The notes below the pieces were generated by a model that was not told the origin of the DNA, did not search any database, and saw only the letters and a list, made by a program, of their open reading frames with translations. Positions 9,379 through 18,283 of a stretch of DNA of 64,000 nucleotides are shown piece after piece. The stretch is from an uncultured Novosphingobium sp. (lineage in GTDB: Bacteria; Pseudomonadota; Alphaproteobacteria; Sphingomonadales; Sphingomonadaceae): the NCBI GenBank assembly GCA_964573075.1, contig CAZNII010000001.1:372-64371 (forward strand), read 5' to 3'. Position 1 is the first letter of the stretch. Each line of letters opens with the position of its first letter. Both the position numbers and the translations under genes were made by a program.

Positions 9379-11468
9379 CGGGCCTGTCCTTTCATCCTGA
9401 TCAGGGCATCGACCGCCACGGCTCCGGCAGGAAGGGCGAGCAGCGGGTTGACGTCCAGTTCCTCGAGCGTTTCGCTATGGGCTGCGGCAAAGCAGGCGAC
9501 CGCCTCGATCGCATCGACCAGCGCGGGCATGTCGCAGCCTTTTCGTCCGCGATAGCCCGCAAGGACGCCGTACAGCGGCAGGCGGGCAAGCGCGGCTTCG
9601 ATATCCGCGCGGCTGGCCGGCAGCAAGACCTGTTCCACCTGGCGCAGCAATTCGACGAAGATACCGCCGGCGCCGATCGTCAGGAACAGCCCGAATTGCG
9701 GGTCGCGCCCGATCCCGACGATCAGCTCGGCCACTGCACCACCGACCATTTCCTCGATCAGGAAGGTCTGGCTGAGCGGGGCCATGCGCCGGGCCTCAGC
9801 CAGCAACTGCGCGCGGCTGGCAACCCCCAGGACAACCGCGCCAAGTTCGGTCTTGTGGGCAAGTTGGCTTCCAACCGCTTTCAGAACAAGCGGAAAACTG
9901 GCCGGAAGCTCGGTCTGTTCGTCGGCGCAAATTGCTTCGATCTCGGCCAGGGTGGCCAGGCCGCCGCGCGGGATTGGCAGGCCGGCGGCGGCCAGCGCCG
10001 CCTTGGAGCGGACTTCATCCCACATCGCCGCCTGCCCGGCGAGCGGTGTGGGTGGTTCGGGCAGAGGCGGCGGGGCAGGGCGGGTCCACGCCTCGCCGAT
10101 CCGCGCCGATGCGGCAATCGCCGTCAGGCAGTCGGCGAGCCCCGCAGCCGGCAGGATGCCGCGTTCCAGCAAGTCCTGCGCGATGGCCTCGGGCAGGTTC
10201 TCGGCCAGCGAACTGGTGGCGATCCGGACCGTTCCCGGCCTGGCCGGGCGGGCTTCATGCGCCGCGACAAAGGCATCGAGCGTCACCTGCCAGTCCCCGG
10301 GCTGGCACCGGTCGGGGCGCGGAAAGTCCAGGATCAGGATCGAGGCTTCGAATTCCGCCCCCATCATCCCCGCAAAGCAGCGGGTCTGGGCCTCCAGATT
10401 GCCCCAGATATAGGTGTGATAGTCGAGCGGATTGGCGACATGGACCTGCGGACCCAGAACCGCTTCCAGCTCGACCTGGGTCGCCGGCGGGAAGTCCGGG
10501 GTTTCCAGCCCGGCACGTTCGGCGAGGTCGGCGGTCAGCGATGCTTCGCCCCCAGAACAGCTGGCGCTGGTGATCCGCCCCCCTGACAGCGGACCGGCCA
10601 GGTGCAGCAGCTTGAGCACTTCGATGAAGCTGGCGGGATCGTAAGCCCGGGCCACACCGTAGCGTGCGAACAGCGCATCGCACAGCGCATCGGCGCCGGC
10701 CAGTGAACTGGTGTGCGACATGGTCAGCGCTGCGCCCTTGGCCGAGGCCCCGGTCTTGAGCGCAACCAGCGGCACCCCGGCGGCGCGCGCGGCCAGGCAG
10801 GCTTCGGAGAAGCGCGCCACCGAACCCAGGCCTTCAAGGTGCAGCCCAATCGCGCTGACCCGATCATCGCGGACCAGAGCCTCGATCAGGTCGGCCGGGG
10901 TGACATCGGCGCAATTGCCGACACTGATCACATAACCGATCGGCAGGCCGCGCGCCTGCATGGTGAAATTGAGCGCCAGGTTACCGCTCTGACTGACGAT
11001 CGCTACTCCTCGCGCGATCTCTACCGGCAGGCAGCCGTGCTGGTCCGGCCACAGTGCGACCCGGTCGAAGGCGTTGATCATGCCATAGCAGTTGGGGCCG
11101 ATCAGCGGCATGCCATTGGCGGCCTTCAGCAGCCGGACCTGGCGTTCCCGGCCTTCGGGTCCGGTCTCGGCGAAATCGGAAGCATAGCAGATTGCTCCGC
11201 CGGCGCCGATCGCGGCAAGCTCTCCGGTCAGGGCGATGGTCGGTTCAGCCGGTGCGGCGAGGAACACCGCATCCGGGGGTTCGGGCAGCGCGGCAACATC
11301 GGCAAGGCAGGCCAGGCCGGCCATTTCGGGACGGCGCGGATTGACCGGCCGGATCGCTCCGCCGAACCCGAAGGCGCGGCTTTGCCGGACGGCCTCCTCG
11401 GCTGCCTTGCCGCCGACGAAGGCGATCGAGCGCGGGCGCAGCAACCGGTCGAGCGGGGGGCGGCTCAT
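9375..11468 (-). CDS. ADP-forming acyl-CoA synthetase (acetate-CoA ligase family), probable gamma-butyrobetaine-CoA ligase
   Basis: Start MSRPPLDRLLRPRSIA (ATGA overlap). GPNCYG, SHTSSLAG, NPLD and ATP-grasp HKTELG...ELDVNPL. Substrate inferred from context. Confidence 0.85.
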   Translation of the reverse strand: MSRPPLDRLLRPRSIAFVGGKAAEEAVRQSRAFGFGGAIRPVNPRRPEMAGLACLADVAALPEPPDAVFLAAPAEPTIALTGELAAIGAGGAICYASDFAETGPEGRERQVRLLKAANGMPLIGPNCYGMINAFDRVALWPDQHGCLPVEIARGVAIVSQSGNLALNFTMQARGLPIGYVISVGNCADVTPADLIEALVRDDRVSAIGLHLEGLGSVARFSEACLAARAAGVPLVALKTGASAKGAALTMSHTSSLAGADALCDALFARYGVARAYDPASFIEVLKLLHLAGPLSGGRITSASCSGGEASLTADLAERAGLETPDFPPATQVELEAVLGPQVHVANPLDYHTYIWGNLEAQTRCFAGMMGAEFEASILILDFPRPDRCQPGDWQVTLDAFVAAHEARPARPGTVRIATSSLAENLPEAIAQDLLERGILPAAGLADCLTAIAASARIGEAWTRPAPPPLPEPPTPLAGQAAMWDEVRSKAALAAAGLPIPRGGLATLAEIEAICADEQTELPASFPLVLKAVGSQLAHKTELGAVVLGVASRAQLLAEARRMAPLSQTFLIEEMVGGAVAELIVGIGRDPQFGLFLTIGAGGIFVELLRQVEQVLLPASRADIEAALARLPLYGVLAGYRGRKGCDMPALVDAIEAVACFAAAHSETLEELDVNPLLALPAGAVAVDALIRMKGQAR

Positions 11469-12613
11469 GCTTCGAGCGGGCGCAGGATCGCCCGTGAGAT
11501 GATGTGGCGCTGGATCTCGCTGGTGCCATCCCAGATCCGTTCGACCCGGGCATCGCGCCAGAAGCGCTCGATCGGCAGTTCGTCCATCAACCCCATTCCG
11601 CCAAAGATCTGCAGGGCATTGTCGGTGATCCGGGCAAGGGCTTCGGAGGCGAACAGCTTGGCCATTGCCGCGTCGGTATCTGTCATGCAGCCCTGATCGT
11701 CTTTCCATGCGGCCTGAAAGGTCAGCAGTTCGGCCGCGGCCAGTTCGGTCTGCATGTCGGCCAGCTTGAAGGCGGTGCCCTGGAACTTGCCGATGGACTG
11801 CCCGAACTGCTTGCGGGTAGCGGCCCATTGCGCGGCCATTTCCAGCACCCGTTGCCCGCGTCCGACCGAAGTGGTGGCTACCTGCAGCCGGGTCGAGCCG
11901 AGCCACTGGCCCATCAGATCGAAGCCTTTGTCGAGTTCGCCGAGCAGGCTCGAGGCCGGTACGCGGCAATCCTCGAAGATCAGCTCGCACTGATGATAGC
12001 CGCGGTGCGAGACGCACTTGGGTCCGCGGCGGCGGGTCAGTCCGGGGGTATCGAAATCGACCAGGAAGCAGCTGATCGTCCTGCGTCCGCCGGCCTCGCC
12101 GGTCGCCGCGCAGAGGATCACATAGTCAGCCATGTCGGCGTGGCTGATGAAGTGCTTGGTGCCATTGATCACGAAATCTCCGCCGTCGCGCCGCGCAAAG
12201 GTGCGCATCGAGCGGACGTCAGAGCCGGCGTCGGGCTCGGTCATGGCCAGGCAGTCGTGCCGCTCGCCGCGGATCGTCGGCAGCAGATATTCTTCGATCT
12301 GCCCGCCGGTGCAGCCGCGCAGGATGTTGCTGGGCCGCGCCACCAGCATCTGCAGGCCATAACCGGCCCGGCCCAGTTCGCGTTCCATCAGCGTGGTGTC
12401 GAAGGTGCCTAGCCCGCCGCCGCCAAGCTCTGCCGGCATGTTGGCGGCATAAAGCCCCATTTCGAGCGCCCTGGCGCGGACCTGCGCGGCAAGATCGGGG
12501 GAGATGTCGTCGGCCTTCTCGACCAGATCCTCGTGCGGATAGAGTTCGGTCTCGACAAAGCGCCGGACCGTCTCGACCAGCATCAGCTGTTCGGTCGAAA
12601 GCGAAAAGTTCAT
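11465..12613 (-). CDS. Acyl-CoA dehydrogenase, probable gamma-butyrobetainyl-CoA dehydrogenase
   Basis: AMTEPDAGSD, NGTKHFIS, QIFGGMG, RIWDGTSEIQR. Confidence 0.9.
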   Translation of the reverse strand: MNFSLSTEQLMLVETVRRFVETELYPHEDLVEKADDISPDLAAQVRARALEMGLYAANMPAELGGGGLGTFDTTLMERELGRAGYGLQMLVARPSNILRGCTGGQIEEYLLPTIRGERHDCLAMTEPDAGSDVRSMRTFARRDGGDFVINGTKHFISHADMADYVILCAATGEAGGRRTISCFLVDFDTPGLTRRRGPKCVSHRGYHQCELIFEDCRVPASSLLGELDKGFDLMGQWLGSTRLQVATTSVGRGQRVLEMAAQWAATRKQFGQSIGKFQGTAFKLADMQTELAAAELLTFQAAWKDDQGCMTDTDAAMAKLFASEALARITDNALQIFGGMGLMDELPIERFWRDARVERIWDGTSEIQRHIISRAILRPLEA

Positions 12614-13188
12614 CAGCTGCGATCCCGTCTGATTGCGATGTTGCGTCCGGCCTGGGCCGGCCGTTCGAGCTTCGAATGGGCGGCCAGCACGGCCCGGACT
12701 CGCGTAGCGAGATCCTCGGGCATTGGTGCCGAACGCCCCGCGGCCATATCGACATGGACCAGCATCTGCTCGCCGGTAGCCAGCAAGTCGCCGGTTTCGG
12801 CATTGTGCATGGTGTGAAAGATGTGCAGTCGTTTGTCATCCGCATCAAGCAGTTGCAGTGACAGGTCGAGCCGGTCACCCAGATGCGCTTCGGCCAGATT
12901 GAAGATCATCGTCTGGACGGTGAACAGCGAATGGCCCGCATCGCGATAGGCCTCGTCGATCCCGACGAAGCGGAAGAACGCGTCGGACTGGTCGCCAAAG
13001 GCCAGCAGATAGCAGCTTTCGCTCATGTGGCCGTTGTAATCGACCCATTCGGACGGGACCGTCGGGCTGATCAGCCGCAGCGGTGCCGGGATCGGCGCGG
13101 CGGGATCCCAAGCAGCGGCGCCGGTCCCTTCGAGCGGGGTGCGCAGGCCGTGTTCGGAAGCGGAAGGAGCAATGCGGTTTTCAGTCAT
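12613..13188 (-). CDS. Hot-dog thioesterase (betainyl/carnitinyl-CoA thioesterase, CdhB-like)
   Basis: WVDYNGHM, KRLHIFH, EQMLVHVD. Paralogous to the C-terminal domain of 18284..19759. Confidence 0.85.
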   Translation of the reverse strand: MTENRIAPSASEHGLRTPLEGTGAAAWDPAAPIPAPLRLISPTVPSEWVDYNGHMSESCYLLAFGDQSDAFFRFVGIDEAYRDAGHSLFTVQTMIFNLAEAHLGDRLDLSLQLLDADDKRLHIFHTMHNAETGDLLATGEQMLVHVDMAAGRSAPMPEDLATRVRAVLAAHSKLERPAQAGRNIAIRRDRS

Positions 13189-13244
13189 CCCGCCAGGCTC
13201 CAGCAGAGATTCGCGGTGGATTGTCGTAGTAATCAGGTAAGGAA

Positions 13245-13280
13245 GGGCCGGGAAAAGGATCGAAACCTTGTTCCCGGCCC
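13245..13280 (-). terminator. GC-rich hairpin downstream of the TonB receptor (terminator or mRNA stabiliser)
   Basis: GGGCCGGGAA-AAGG...CCTT-G-TTCCCGGCCC inverted repeat with only a weak U-tract. Confidence 0.5.
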
Positions 13281-13321
13281 CCCACTATCCGGTCAGGACC
13301 CAGTCCTGCCGGAGGTCTGGA

Positions 13322-15595
13322 TCAGAACCGCTTGCGCAGCGAGACAAAGAACTGCTGCGGCGCACCGACCAGCATCGACTGCAGCGTCCCGCCCGGATCC
13401 GAGAAGGTCAGACCGTTCTGGCCGAGCGTGGCGACATAGCGCTTGTCGAACAGGTTGGTTGCGTTGAGCTGGATTTCCAGGCCCGAGAGCATGGAATCGC
13501 CTTCGTCGAAGCGATAGCCCAGCGTCGCGTTCACCAGGGTCCGGCCCGGCACGCTGTTGTCGTTGATGTAGGTGTAATAACGGCGGCTCTGATAGTTCAT
13601 CGCCGCCTTGGCGAAGAAGTTGCCATCGTCATAGGACAGCTCGACGTTCAGCAGGTGCTTCGGGGTATCGACCACCTGCTTGTCCTTGGTCGCCCACAGC
13701 ACGCCGCTCAGCACGTCCTGATCGTACTTCGCGTCGGTATAGGCATAGGAGGCGAACAGCGAGATCGACGGCGTGATCTTGTAGGTGCCCGCCAGTTCGA
13801 CGCCGTTGGTGGTGACCGAACCCACGTTCGACAGCACGCTGGCGCAGCCGACCACGATCTGGCAGGGTTGGACCGAGAGCAGACGATTGCTGAACTTCAC
13901 GTGATAACCGGCGATCGACCCACGGAAATTGCCGAGGTCGAAACGCAGGCCGCCTTCGATGGTCCACGAGGTTTCAGGCTTGATCGTGTTGACGATCGCC
14001 TGGAAGCCGGCGCGGTTGGTCAGGAACGGCTGGGTGGTGAAGGCGCGCATGTTTTCCGAATAGGAAGCGAACGCCTCGATCCCGTTGCCGAATTCATAAT
14101 TCATGCCGACCTGGGGCATGAACATATCCTTGGCGGTCAGTTTGCCGCTGGTGTCGCGGGCCGCCAGGCTTGACGCGCTGGTCGTGTCATAGACGTTGTC
14201 GATATCGACCTGCAGCCCCTTGAAGCCGGCAGTGATCTTGAACGCGTCGGTCACCTGCCAGGTATCCTGGACGAAGTACTGGTAGGTGTTGATGTCCATG
14301 AAATAGCGGAACTGCAGCGTGAATGGGTTGGTCGGCCATTCGCGCGGACCGATGCTCGAGACCGAACCGGCCGCCAGCGGGAACAGCACGCGCTGCAGCG
14401 TGTGGTTGTTGCCCTCGTACCAGCCGCCGATCTTGAGTTCGTGCGAGCCGAACTTGAACCCGAGCGAGCCGGTCAGGCCGCCGCGCTCGATTTTGTACAT
14501 GGTCGAACGAACCGACAGCGGGGCACCACCCGGAGTAGGCGAATAAGGCGTCCACCAGGTGCCAAGGCCTCGGTTCGAATGGTAGTACGGGGTCAGCTGG
14601 AGGGTGACGTTGTCGCTGACATCGAGGTTGAGGTTCATCCCGGCCAGCCAGTCCTTGCGGATGCCGTAACCGTCGTAATAGGTATCGTCACCGCAGATCT
14701 GCTGGGTATAGCCCGGATAGTTGGCGCAATAGGTGCCGGCCTGCAGATTGGCGGCGATCGCCACGGCGGTCGGATAGTCGTTGCGCAGATAGTCCCAGTC
14801 CCAGCCGAACTTGTTGATCAGGGCCAGGGACGTGTCCATGTAGTCGTCGTCCTTGAACTCCGAATAGTTGACGAAGGCGGTCAGCGATCCGTTCGAGCCC
14901 AGCGGAATGTGCAGCTTCGAATTGACCTGCCAGGCTTCCTGCTTGCCATCGCCCTTCCACTTGGGGGCGTCGATGCGGGCCACACTGGCATAGGCCTTCA
15001 CGCCACCGCCGATGTCGCCGGTATCGACCCGGCCGAACAGGCGATAGGCGCTTTCGCTGCCGAAGCTGCCCTGCACATCAACGCCGAAATCGTCGGTCGG
15101 GGTGCGGCTGTAGAATTCAAGCGCGCCGCCCAGGTTCGAGCTCGAGGCGGTGCCAAGCGAGCCGGCGCCCTGGTTGAGCGTCGCACGCTGGATGTTTTCG
15201 GACGAGATCGCGCGGCTGATGTGCAGGCCGTTGAAGTTGCCATAGCTCATGTCGCCCAGCGGCACGCCATCGAGCGTGAAGCCCAGCTGGTTCTGGTTGA
15301 AGCCACGCACCGCGATGCGGGTCGACCATTCGTTGGTGCCCAGCGCGTTGGCCGACTGGAACGAGACGCTCGGCAGCTTTTCAAGCACCTTGAGCGCGCT
15401 GGTTCCCGGAGGGGCTTCGGCGATATCATCGACGTTGAGCGTCTGGACCTGGCGGGTTTCGCCCTTGCCGTAAACGACGATTTCGCCGGCGTTCTCTTCA
15501 TCGGCGGACGCTGCCTGCGCGAAAGCCGGGGTCGAAACGGCGGTGGCGAGCGCGATGCAGGCCGCACCGGTCAGCAATTTGTTGAACTGTCGCAT
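13322..15595 (-). CDS. TonB-dependent receptor
   Basis: Start MRQFNK with GGAGGA RBS. Signal peptide ...PAFAQ, TonB box EIVVYG, plug RGF...LDGVP, NLFDKRY, C-terminal F. Confidence 0.93.
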   Translation of the reverse strand: MRQFNKLLTGAACIALATAVSTPAFAQAASADEENAGEIVVYGKGETRQVQTLNVDDIAEAPPGTSALKVLEKLPSVSFQSANALGTNEWSTRIAVRGFNQNQLGFTLDGVPLGDMSYGNFNGLHISRAISSENIQRATLNQGAGSLGTASSSNLGGALEFYSRTPTDDFGVDVQGSFGSESAYRLFGRVDTGDIGGGVKAYASVARIDAPKWKGDGKQEAWQVNSKLHIPLGSNGSLTAFVNYSEFKDDDYMDTSLALINKFGWDWDYLRNDYPTAVAIAANLQAGTYCANYPGYTQQICGDDTYYDGYGIRKDWLAGMNLNLDVSDNVTLQLTPYYHSNRGLGTWWTPYSPTPGGAPLSVRSTMYKIERGGLTGSLGFKFGSHELKIGGWYEGNNHTLQRVLFPLAAGSVSSIGPREWPTNPFTLQFRYFMDINTYQYFVQDTWQVTDAFKITAGFKGLQVDIDNVYDTTSASSLAARDTSGKLTAKDMFMPQVGMNYEFGNGIEAFASYSENMRAFTTQPFLTNRAGFQAIVNTIKPETSWTIEGGLRFDLGNFRGSIAGYHVKFSNRLLSVQPCQIVVGCASVLSNVGSVTTNGVELAGTYKITPSISLFASYAYTDAKYDQDVLSGVLWATKDKQVVDTPKHLLNVELSYDDGNFFAKAAMNYQSRRYYTYINDNSVPGRTLVNATLGYRFDEGDSMLSGLEIQLNATNLFDKRYVATLGQNGLTFSDPGGTLQSMLVGAPQQFFVSLRKRF

Positions 15596-15619
15596 AGATT
15601 TCCTCCATGAAATCGATTG

Positions 15620-15632
15620 TAAGTTATTGATA
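15620..15632 (-). promoter_or_regulatory. IHF-consensus site / AT-rich palindrome upstream of the TonB receptor
   Basis: The minus strand reads TATCAATAACTTA, matching WATCAA-N4-TTR. It overlaps the inverted repeat GTTAT-TGAT-ATAAC (15623-15636). Confidence 0.4.
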
Positions 15633-15776
15633 TAACGAAAAACATCGAAACGCAGAATTCGGTCTGGACGGATAATCCCCTGTTTGTGCTGCTCCCGTTG
15701 GTTAGGGGGTAACTTCAACCCCGCTTATGTTCAAATTCGCGTATGGCGATCATGTGGCTTGCGCAATTGCCCGCGG

Positions 15777-16847
15777 TCATTTTGCGGGACCCTGTTGCCA
15801 TGCGCACACACCCAGGGTCCTGCCGGCGATCAGCCGGTTCGGATCGACCATGCCCTTGACCAGATGGGCGCGGCCACGATCGCAGACCAGCGTACTGGCG
15901 CCATGGCCGGCCACGTCGAGCAACAACTGGTCCCAGTGGCGGTACTGCACGTCGTGGCCTTCGCCGGGATAGCGCCGGAAGGTGGTCTTCCCCTTGACCC
16001 GCGCGGCCCAGTATTCGCCATGGCTGGGCGGAACCAGCGGATCGGCCTCGCCATAATAGAAGAACGATGGGCCGGTGTAGGCCGAGACATCGGCGGGCGG
16101 CTCGCAGAAGCGGCGGGATTCGGCCGCCATGCCGCGCGCATCGCCCATCTGCCCGGCGATGAAGAAGGCGTGCGCCCCTTCATCGGCCGAGCGGTCGGCA
16201 AAACCGCGAACCTTGGCCGAAACCCCGTCCTTGGGCATGTCCCACCACACCCGCGGCGCCTGCACCTGCGGTTCCAGCCCTTTGCGCAGCGTATCGGCAT
16301 CGGCCGTGCATTGCTGGCGGTTGCGCGGCGCGGTGGAGACCGCGGCCAGCATGTGCCAGGAATCGATCCGCTGCGGCATGGCCGAAAGGACGTGCCCGGC
16401 ATAGGCCCCGCCGCCCGAGATCGCGACCAGCGAGAAGCGTTCGACCTTGAGGTGAGCCAGCACCTGCTTCACTTCGCTGACATAGTCGTTGAAAGTCCAG
16501 GCCGGATCGAAGGCGGTATCGCCCAGGCCGTTGCGTTCCACCACCACGATCCGGACCTTCAGCCGCCGCCGCATGGTGTCGAGGAAAGCGACCAGTTCCG
16601 GCGCGCGGGCGCTGGTTCCGGCGCCGCCGATGAACAGCATGGTCTTCCAGCCGGCCTCTCCGGTATCGGTGAAGTGAACGGTGCGGCCCTCGCTGGTCTT
16701 GAGCGCCTGAACCGGGGTGCCGATCGGATCGAACCGGTCGGGAAAGACAATCGGCGCTGCCGGGGCGGGGGCGGGCTTTGCCGCGGGAGCCGCCTGGGGC
16801 AGGGTCGCTGCCGCCACGCCGGCCAGGGTTGCGAGCAGTCGCTTCAT
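15777..16847 (-). CDS. Exported alpha/beta hydrolase (esterase)
   Basis: Signal peptide plus a Pro/Ala linker. AISGGG nucleophile elbow, GEADPLVP acid and GEGH His. Confidence 0.82.
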   Translation of the reverse strand: MKRLLATLAGVAAATLPQAAPAAKPAPAPAAPIVFPDRFDPIGTPVQALKTSEGRTVHFTDTGEAGWKTMLFIGGAGTSARAPELVAFLDTMRRRLKVRIVVVERNGLGDTAFDPAWTFNDYVSEVKQVLAHLKVERFSLVAISGGGAYAGHVLSAMPQRIDSWHMLAAVSTAPRNRQQCTADADTLRKGLEPQVQAPRVWWDMPKDGVSAKVRGFADRSADEGAHAFFIAGQMGDARGMAAESRRFCEPPADVSAYTGPSFFYYGEADPLVPPSHGEYWAARVKGKTTFRRYPGEGHDVQYRHWDQLLLDVAGHGASTLVCDRGRAHLVKGMVDPNRLIAGRTLGVCAWQQGPAK

Positions 16848-18250
16848 CGCACGGGCTCCGTTTCAAGGTTGCGGTCAAGAATTTCGATCTGTTCGAGTTC
16901 GGCCCTGAGATCGAGGTTGCGGCACAGCCAGAGATAGACTCCCGCCGAAACCGGCAGGCCGACCAGCATCGAGATATCGGCGCCGCCCAGCGCCTTTGCC
17001 ACCGGGCCGACATATAGCCCGGTCTTGAAGAACGGGATCATCGCCACAAAGCCGACCGCATAGGAGATCAGCCCGTTGCGGTTCCACATCCCGTACATCC
17101 CGTCTGGCTGGAACATCGCCCGGATCGAATAGTGGCCTTTGCGCACGAAGAAGAAGTCGACCAGGTTGATCGCGGTCCATGGGGTGAAGAGATAGGCCAG
17201 CACGCCCAGGAACGCCTCGAACCCGTGCAGGATGTTGCCGGCGGCGAACAGCGACAAGGACAGCGTGACCGCAAAGACGGTGGCCAGCGCGGCCAGCCGC
17301 GATTTGATCCCCAGCGTCACTTTGGTCAGGCTGTCGGCCACGCTCAGCAGGGTGAGCGAGGCGCCATAGAAGTTGAGCGAGGTGATGGTGACCAGCCCCA
17401 GGAAGCTGGTGACCAGCATCACCACCCCGAAGCCGGGGAAGATCGCATCGCTGCTTTCGCGCAGCGCGACGATGATGTCCTTGCTGCCGAATGCCGCGCC
17501 GGCAAAGGCGCCGACCAGCATCATCCATGCCCCGCCGATGAAGGCCCCCCAGAAGGTCCAGAAGAAGGATTCGCGGATCCCTACCTCCTTGGGCAGATAG
17601 CGCGAATAGTCCGACACGTAGATCGACCAGCTGAGCTGATAGGCCGCCGCGGCGAAGAACTGGACCAGGAACGGGGTGGCCTTGAACTCGCCGGGCTTCA
17701 GCAAGGTGCCCAGATCGACAATCGAAAAGGCCCCGATGGTATAGACCGCCAGCACTGCCAGCATGGCATAGGCCAGCCAGCGCTGGGCCTTGTGGATCAG
17801 GTCATAGCCGATCACCGCCACGGCGGTCGCCAGGATCGCGAAGACCACGATCGTACTGTTTTCGGGAAACCCGGCCAGTTCCTTGAGCGCGCTGGCGGCC
17901 AGCGACTGGTTAAGCGCATTGTAGCCGATGTAGGTGAACAGCGCGACGATCCACACCAGCAGCGCGCCCAGATAGCCGAACTGCGGGCGCGACTGGATCA
18001 TCTGCGGCAGGCCCAGGTGCGGGCCCTGGGTGCAGTGGAACGCCATCAGCACCGTGCCGAGCGCGCAGCCGCCGATCACCGCCAGACTGGCCCAGAACAG
18101 GTCCATTCCCGCCGCGACGCCCAGCGCCCCGGTTGCCAGCGTCGCCAGATGGGCATCGCCGGTGAACCACACCGGCCACAGGTGCCAGACCTTGCCGTGA
18201 CGCTCCGCCAGGGGGACGTAATCGATCGAGCGGGATTCAACCAAGGCCAT
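16844..18250 (-). CDS. NCS1 (purine-cytosine permease) family transporter
   Basis: E-x-RSIDYVP-x-x-ERHGK, GLPQMIQSRPQFG, YVSDYSRYLP, PWTAINLVDFF. Confidence 0.9.
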   Translation of the reverse strand: MALVESRSIDYVPLAERHGKVWHLWPVWFTGDAHLATLATGALGVAAGMDLFWASLAVIGGCALGTVLMAFHCTQGPHLGLPQMIQSRPQFGYLGALLVWIVALFTYIGYNALNQSLAASALKELAGFPENSTIVVFAILATAVAVIGYDLIHKAQRWLAYAMLAVLAVYTIGAFSIVDLGTLLKPGEFKATPFLVQFFAAAAYQLSWSIYVSDYSRYLPKEVGIRESFFWTFWGAFIGGAWMMLVGAFAGAAFGSKDIIVALRESSDAIFPGFGVVMLVTSFLGLVTITSLNFYGASLTLLSVADSLTKVTLGIKSRLAALATVFAVTLSLSLFAAGNILHGFEAFLGVLAYLFTPWTAINLVDFFFVRKGHYSIRAMFQPDGMYGMWNRNGLISYAVGFVAMIPFFKTGLYVGPVAKALGGADISMLVGLPVSAGVYLWLCRNLDLRAELEQIEILDRNLETEPVR

Positions 18251-18283
18251 TCGAACGTCCTCCCCTTTGCCTGCCCCTTGTTG

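Noticed and set aside
9375-12017. 880-aa ligase with an N-terminal extension
   Set aside because: The extension overlaps the ACAD gene in another frame. The ATGA-coupled start at 11468 fits the family.
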